This document shows positions 28,326 to 32,000 of a stretch of DNA of 32,000 bases, piece after piece; the stretch's first letter is position 1; every line of letters starts with the position of its first letter. The DNA is from Candidatus Nanosynbacter lyticus (GTDB lineage: Bacteria; Patescibacteriota; Saccharimonadia; Saccharimonadales; Saccharimonadaceae), in assembly GCF_000803625.1 (NCBI RefSeq), contig NZ_CP007496.1:480001-512000 (forward strand), in the 5' to 3' direction. Below the pieces are notes generated by a model that did not search any database, was not told where the DNA came from, and saw only the letters and a program-made list of their open reading frames with translations. Made by a program: the position numbers and the translations under genes.

Positions 28326-29927
28326 TTATTGTCGATTAATGTTAATGTTTTCTGAAGCCTGCTTTATAAGCTGCGTTTTTTGCCTACCAATTTCCACCTC
28401 TAGGTCTTCGTCACTTGCCTCAAAAATTTTCTTAATACTACCAAATTTTTTCAGCAATTTGGCACGGGTTTTTGGCCCGATTCCAGGAATTTCCTCCAGC
28501 TGATTTTTCGTTTGCTGCTGGCGTTTGAGTGCGGTGTGATAGCTCACGGCAAAACGATGCGACTCGTCGCGAATGCGCTGGAATAATTTGACGATGTCAG
28601 TTGCCGCAAGGGTATTCTCGGCCGCCGTCGGACGTTCGTGCCGAGTGCTCTCCATGCTAGCTCGTAAGTTTTTTGAATGCGAACCAGCATTACGTTGGTC
28701 TGGATGTAAATTCACCACATAGACGTCACCATCTTCGTGAACCATAATGTCCGTCCGTAGCTGCGACCGTATTTGCTCAATGAACGCCGTATCAATCTGC
28801 GAACCGGTCTTATGCACCAGTAGTTCTTCCTCACGCTTGGCGATGCTGATGATCGGCACGGCGACGCCACGCTCATCACGCGCTCTGATGGCTGCCGCCA
28901 GCTGGCCTTTACCACCGTCAATCAGCAGCAGATCGGGACGACCCCAGCTTTTTAGATGACGTTCGCTCAGCCGGCGAAAAATCGTCTGATAGATATTGCC
29001 CGTGTCATCATTTTTCTCACTGACTTTGAACTTGCGGTACTCCGCCCGGTCGCTGACGCCATTGGTAAATACCACCATACTGGCGACAACCTGCTGGCCA
29101 CTCATATGCGAAATATCATAGCCCTCGATGCGCACCGGGATATCTTTTAGGCCCAACAATTTCGCCAAATCAGCCAGCGCCTGGTCCTTAGAGATATCCA
29201 AAAACTCTTTGTCGCCAAAACAAACCCGCCGCTGCAATTCCTGCATGGCGCGTAGCTTATTGCGAAGGTCGGCCGCCCGCTCAAAATCGTGCAGCCCAGC
29301 CGCCGTTTTCATGTCGCGTTCCAGCTCGGCAGCGATGGCTTTACGATTGCCCTTGATATAGCTGATGAGTTTACGCAAATTAGCTTTGTATAGCTCCGTC
29401 CCATCACTCAGCCGCGGGCTCAAGCCCAAATCTTCATCTAATTTCGACTGCCCCGGTCGCCGCTGTCTGGTCAAATAGGGAAATACTCGCCGCAAATATC
29501 GTAGGGCTTTTTTCAAGGCAAAGCCATTATAAAACGGACCAATATATTCCGCGCCATCATCAGCTGGGTTACGCGTAAAACTGACGGTCGGCCACTCGCT
29601 TTTCATGTCGATTCGCACGTACATCTGCGATTTATCATCACGCAGCAGCACATTGTAGCGCGGCATATAGCGCTTGACCATCTCGCTTTCCAGAAACAAG
29701 GCGTCAACTTCGCTCTCGGTCTCAATCCAATCGGTATCAGCGATTTCCGCTACCAACGCCATGGTTTTATTGTCCCGCCCGCGCGAATCCTGAAAATACT
29801 GACGCACGCGGTTTTTCAGTACAGCCGCCTTGCCCACATAAATAATCTCACCGCTGGCTGACTTATGAAAATAAACGCCAGGAGTGCGCGGTAGAGTTTT
29901 GAGTTTGGCTTGCAACACTTGGTTCAC
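28326..29927 (-). CDS. uvrC: excinuclease ABC subunit C
   Basis: 533-aa ORF with a GTG start. It has a GIY-YIG domain (GVYFHKSASGEIIYVGKA...N), a UVR motif (FERAADLRNKLRAMQEL), an endonuclease domain and C-terminal (HhH)2 (IPGIGPKTRAKLLKKFGS). Confidence 0.95.
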   Translation of the reverse strand: MNQVLQAKLKTLPRTPGVYFHKSASGEIIYVGKAAVLKNRVRQYFQDSRGRDNKTMALVAEIADTDWIETESEVDALFLESEMVKRYMPRYNVLLRDDKSQMYVRIDMKSEWPTVSFTRNPADDGAEYIGPFYNGFALKKALRYLRRVFPYLTRQRRPGQSKLDEDLGLSPRLSDGTELYKANLRKLISYIKGNRKAIAAELERDMKTAAGLHDFERAADLRNKLRAMQELQRRVCFGDKEFLDISKDQALADLAKLLGLKDIPVRIEGYDISHMSGQQVVASMVVFTNGVSDRAEYRKFKVSEKNDDTGNIYQTIFRRLSERHLKSWGRPDLLLIDGGKGQLAAAIRARDERGVAVPIISIAKREEELLVHKTGSQIDTAFIEQIRSQLRTDIMVHEDGDVYVVNLHPDQRNAGSHSKNLRASMESTRHERPTAAENTLAATDIVKLFQRIRDESHRFAVSYHTALKRQQQTKNQLEEIPGIGPKTRAKLLKKFGSIKKIFEASDEDLEVEIGRQKTQLIKQASENININRQ

Positions 29928-30029
29928 TAGATATATTACAGTCTAAAAATCATATTTATGCAAGTATTCTTCTGCGAACCACTCCGCCCGAGTATATTAT
30001 TTTTAGTAGGACGCTGCGCCAGAAGTACC

Positions 30030-30506
30030 TTATATGCATAATCTTGAACTTCTAGGACTGCACAATTTACGATATTCTTTGGGTATATTTTTTCCATTAA
30101 TCCACCGCACCTCAATTATCTCAAAATTACACTTTATATCTTGAGTTGACGCACATGCGGCAAACACCCGAACTGGAAAGGCGAGATACGATTCATGAGA
30201 ATTAGCTTTTCCGAGATATCGCAAATTATCTATTTTTATTCCAACCTCTCCCAGGATCTCTCTCGCAGCAGCCTGTTCATAACCCTCATTACGATTCACG
30301 CCGCCGCCCGGCAAGGCCCATTCTTGGCGACTAAAGCGACTCTTTACTAGTAAAATATCGCCATCATCACGATAAATAATCACCCGCACGCGATCTTTTT
30401 TCGGTCCAAGCTTAAACACCAGTGACATTACGCAGGCAATTCCACGAAAAATTGCTCGCCCAAATACACTGAACATCTTACTAATGACTGATTCTTTATA
30501 AGCCAT
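30030..30506 (-). CDS. NUDIX hydrolase with a hydrophobic N-terminal segment
   Basis: Nudix box LPGGGVNRNEGYEQAAAREILGEVGI. The ORF-track start 30518 is a TTG, and I prefer ATG 30506 (MAYKES...). Confidence 0.8.
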   Translation of the reverse strand: MAYKESVISKMFSVFGRAIFRGIACVMSLVFKLGPKKDRVRVIIYRDDGDILLVKSRFSRQEWALPGGGVNRNEGYEQAAAREILGEVGIKIDNLRYLGKANSHESYLAFPVRVFAACASTQDIKCNFEIIEVRWINGKNIPKEYRKLCSPRSSRLCI

Positions 30507-30548
30507 GAAATCCACCAATTTGGTAGAGTTTTTTATTTTAACGATAAC

Positions 30549-30944
30549 TTATTCTGTGGTTACGCCATCAAAATCTTCTTCGTTGGCTTCCGCCTCTTCG
30601 CGTGTCGCCCGAACAATGCCATCTTTGTGATGTGCTGGGCTATAAATCGTGTAGAGCTTAAGCGGCTCTTCGCCAGTATTTATCACATTATGCTCAGCAC
30701 CTGCTGGCACGATGATAGCGCTACCATCAGACACAACATACTCATTGCCATCAATCAAAACCTTGCCCTGGCCTGCCTCAAATCGGAAAAATTGATCATT
30801 CTCCTCATGAATCTCTGAACCAATTTCACCACCAACTGGCAGGCTCATCAATACCAATTGACAATGCTTCGCCGTATACAGCACCTGGCGAAAATTATCA
30901 TTCTGCACTGTCAATTCTTCAATATTTCCATTAAAACCCTTCAT
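30549..30944 (-). CDS. cupin domain protein
   Basis: 131-aa ORF with SD AAGGAGGA. Cupin motifs are G(X)5HxH-like (GGEIGSEIHEEN) and GSAIIVPAGAEHNVIN. Confidence 0.8.
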   Translation of the reverse strand: MKGFNGNIEELTVQNDNFRQVLYTAKHCQLVLMSLPVGGEIGSEIHEENDQFFRFEAGQGKVLIDGNEYVVSDGSAIIVPAGAEHNVINTGEEPLKLYTIYSPAHHKDGIVRATREEAEANEEDFDGVTTE

Positions 30945-30969
30945 AAAAATCCTCCTTTTAACTTAATTT

Positions 30970-31299
30970 CTACTTTGCGGCTTTTTCTAAAGCATCGATC
31001 AGCGTTTGCTTCGGTTTCATGCCAACCATCTCCTCAACAATTTCACCGCCAACAAAAACCTTCATATTCGGAATACCTTGAACGCGATAGTCCATAGCCA
31101 ACTGCGCATTTTCCTGGCTGGCTTCAGTATCGACTTTGACGACATCAAACTCAGTTTCTTCAGCAATTTGATGTAAAATTGGCGCCATCGCTCGGCACGG
31201 CGGACACCATGGCGCCCAAAAATCAACCAGCACTGGCTTGTCGTTTTTTAATACTTTCTCTTCAAATTCTTGTTTTGTTGTAATCTCATATAACGCCAT
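30970..31299 (-). CDS. trxA: thioredoxin (active site WCPPC)
   Basis: Start at ATG 31299 (MALYEITTKQEF) with GGAGGA upstream. It has a thioredoxin fold with VDFWAPWCPPCR. The start overlaps the TAA of the Fur-family gene (TAATG). Confidence 0.9.
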   Translation of the reverse strand: MALYEITTKQEFEEKVLKNDKPVLVDFWAPWCPPCRAMAPILHQIAEETEFDVVKVDTEASQENAQLAMDYRVQGIPNMKVFVGGEIVEEMVGMKPKQTLIDALEKAAK

Positions 31300-31691
31300 T
31301 ATTTCCTCCTTTTCTGGCATTTTTTACACATCCCCATTATTACTAACGGTCCATCAAAATAACAATCGTCCATTTCACATGCAATTTGCTTTTTCACTTC
31401 TTCTGCAATTATGATATCTCGCAAATTATCACAATTATCGCACAAAAAATGATCGTGTGGATCTACGCAAGCATCATAACGCAAACAGCCTCGCTTTGTC
31501 GGCGGAGCCAAGCCAATCAACCCATCTCCATGTAGACGTTGAGTAACGCGGTGCACTGTCGTATCACTAACATCAGAGTAAGTATCTCGCAGCACCTGAG
31601 CAATATCCGAATTTGTCGCATGATGTTTATTTTTTAATATCACCAGCACGTCGTTCGTGTATTTTGTTAAGCGCCTAACTACTTGCGTCAT
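31299..31691 (-). CDS. Fur-family transcriptional regulator (Fur/PerR/Zur-like)
   Basis: 130-aa ORF with a winged-helix N-terminus, HDHFLCDNCDNL (HxHxxCxxC) and a C-terminal CKKC pair, as in Fur-family metal sites. Confidence 0.85.
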   Translation of the reverse strand: MTQVVRRLTKYTNDVLVILKNKHHATNSDIAQVLRDTYSDVSDTTVHRVTQRLHGDGLIGLAPPTKRGCLRYDACVDPHDHFLCDNCDNLRDIIIAEEVKKQIACEMDDCYFDGPLVIMGMCKKCQKRRK

Positions 31692-31697
31692 GTTACT

Positions 31698-31716
31698 ATT
31701 GTAAATTATTTACAAT
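31698..31716. promoter_or_regulatory. perfect 9-1-9 inverted repeat, candidate Fur-family operator over the fur -10 box
   Basis: ATTGTAAAT-T-ATTTACAAT. The left arm contains the minus-strand -10 TACAAT (31698-31703), 6 nt upstream of ATG 31691. The -35 TTGTTT lies at 31721-31726. Confidence 0.55.
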
Positions 31717-31743
31717 AAATAAACAAGTGTTTTGCAACAACAA

Positions 31744-31772
31744 TTGACTTAAGATAGCTAATTCAATATAAT
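31744..31772 (+). promoter_or_regulatory. near-consensus sigma70 promoter (TTGACT-17nt-TATAAT)
   Basis: -35 at 31744-31749 and -10 at 31767-31772. It is divergent from the fur promoter. Confidence 0.6.
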
Positions 31773-31947
31773 AACCCAAGTCTATGAACTCAAATGAGTT
31801 CCTCTAATCAAATCAATTTTCATTACTCTATAGCAAATCAACGAGCTATTGTAACATGGTTATTTAAGGGTAATTATTCGTTAGCGACCAAGTATCCGAT
31901 AATAAATAACCAAGCTCATAAACGCCTCTTCATAGAAAGGAGCCAAT

Positions 31948-32000
31948 TTGAAAAATAAATTAAATAACAAAGAAATATTAAGTTTATTTTGGCGAGCATC
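31948..32000 (+). CDS. possible 5' end of an unknown CDS (TTG start), runs off the window
   Basis: AGGAG (31938-31942) lies 5 nt upstream of a TTG. The open frame reads (M)KNKLNNKEILSLFWRA to the window end. It is too short to evaluate. Confidence 0.25.
   Translation, partial: MKNKLNNKEILSLFWRA

Noticed and set aside
31785-31808. Mini-ORF ATG AAC TCA AAT GAG TTC CTC TAA (MNSNEFL) as a leader peptide.
   Set aside because: It has no RBS and coincides with the hairpin arms. There is no evidence for an attenuation mechanism.

Overview
This is a gene-dense 32-kb chromosomal window with about 38 protein genes and 4 tRNAs, most on the minus strand. The content is mainly core housekeeping: pheS, rmuC, trmD, a KH-domain protein, rnc, nusB, rpmF (L32, below the ORF-track size cutoff), leuS, ligA, htpX, lemA, secG, uvrC, trxA and a Fur-family regulator. 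It also holds two Nudix hydrolases, a MazG-like NTPase, a MurF-like ligase with a GT2 envelope cluster, an MIP channel, an orphan family-5 solute-binding protein and several small membrane proteins of unknown function. The gene repertoire and tiny intergenic spaces suggest a reduced genome of the Patescibacteria/Saccharibacteria type, but this is inference only. Five observations stand out. (1) A 1.9-kb opposite-strand island (8401-10275) lies between trmD and the KH-protein gene and carries two orphan cytoplasmic proteins whose codon usage differs from each other and from the flanks. The second gene is bracketed by a 66-bp direct repeat (65/66 identical) containing a bidirectional terminator hairpin, which is a cassette or Campbell-type insertion signature. 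(2) An ABC-F ATPase gene is frameshifted. (3) At least 14 genes have a -10 box 6-8 nt upstream of ATG and no Shine-Dalgarno (SD), a leaderless-type architecture. (4) A perfect 9-1-9 palindrome overlaps the -10 box of the Fur-family gene that heads a fur-trx-cupin-nudix array. (5) A divergent MIP channel lacks the NPAR arginine. No CRISPR array, transposase, integrase, rRNA or prophage genes were seen.
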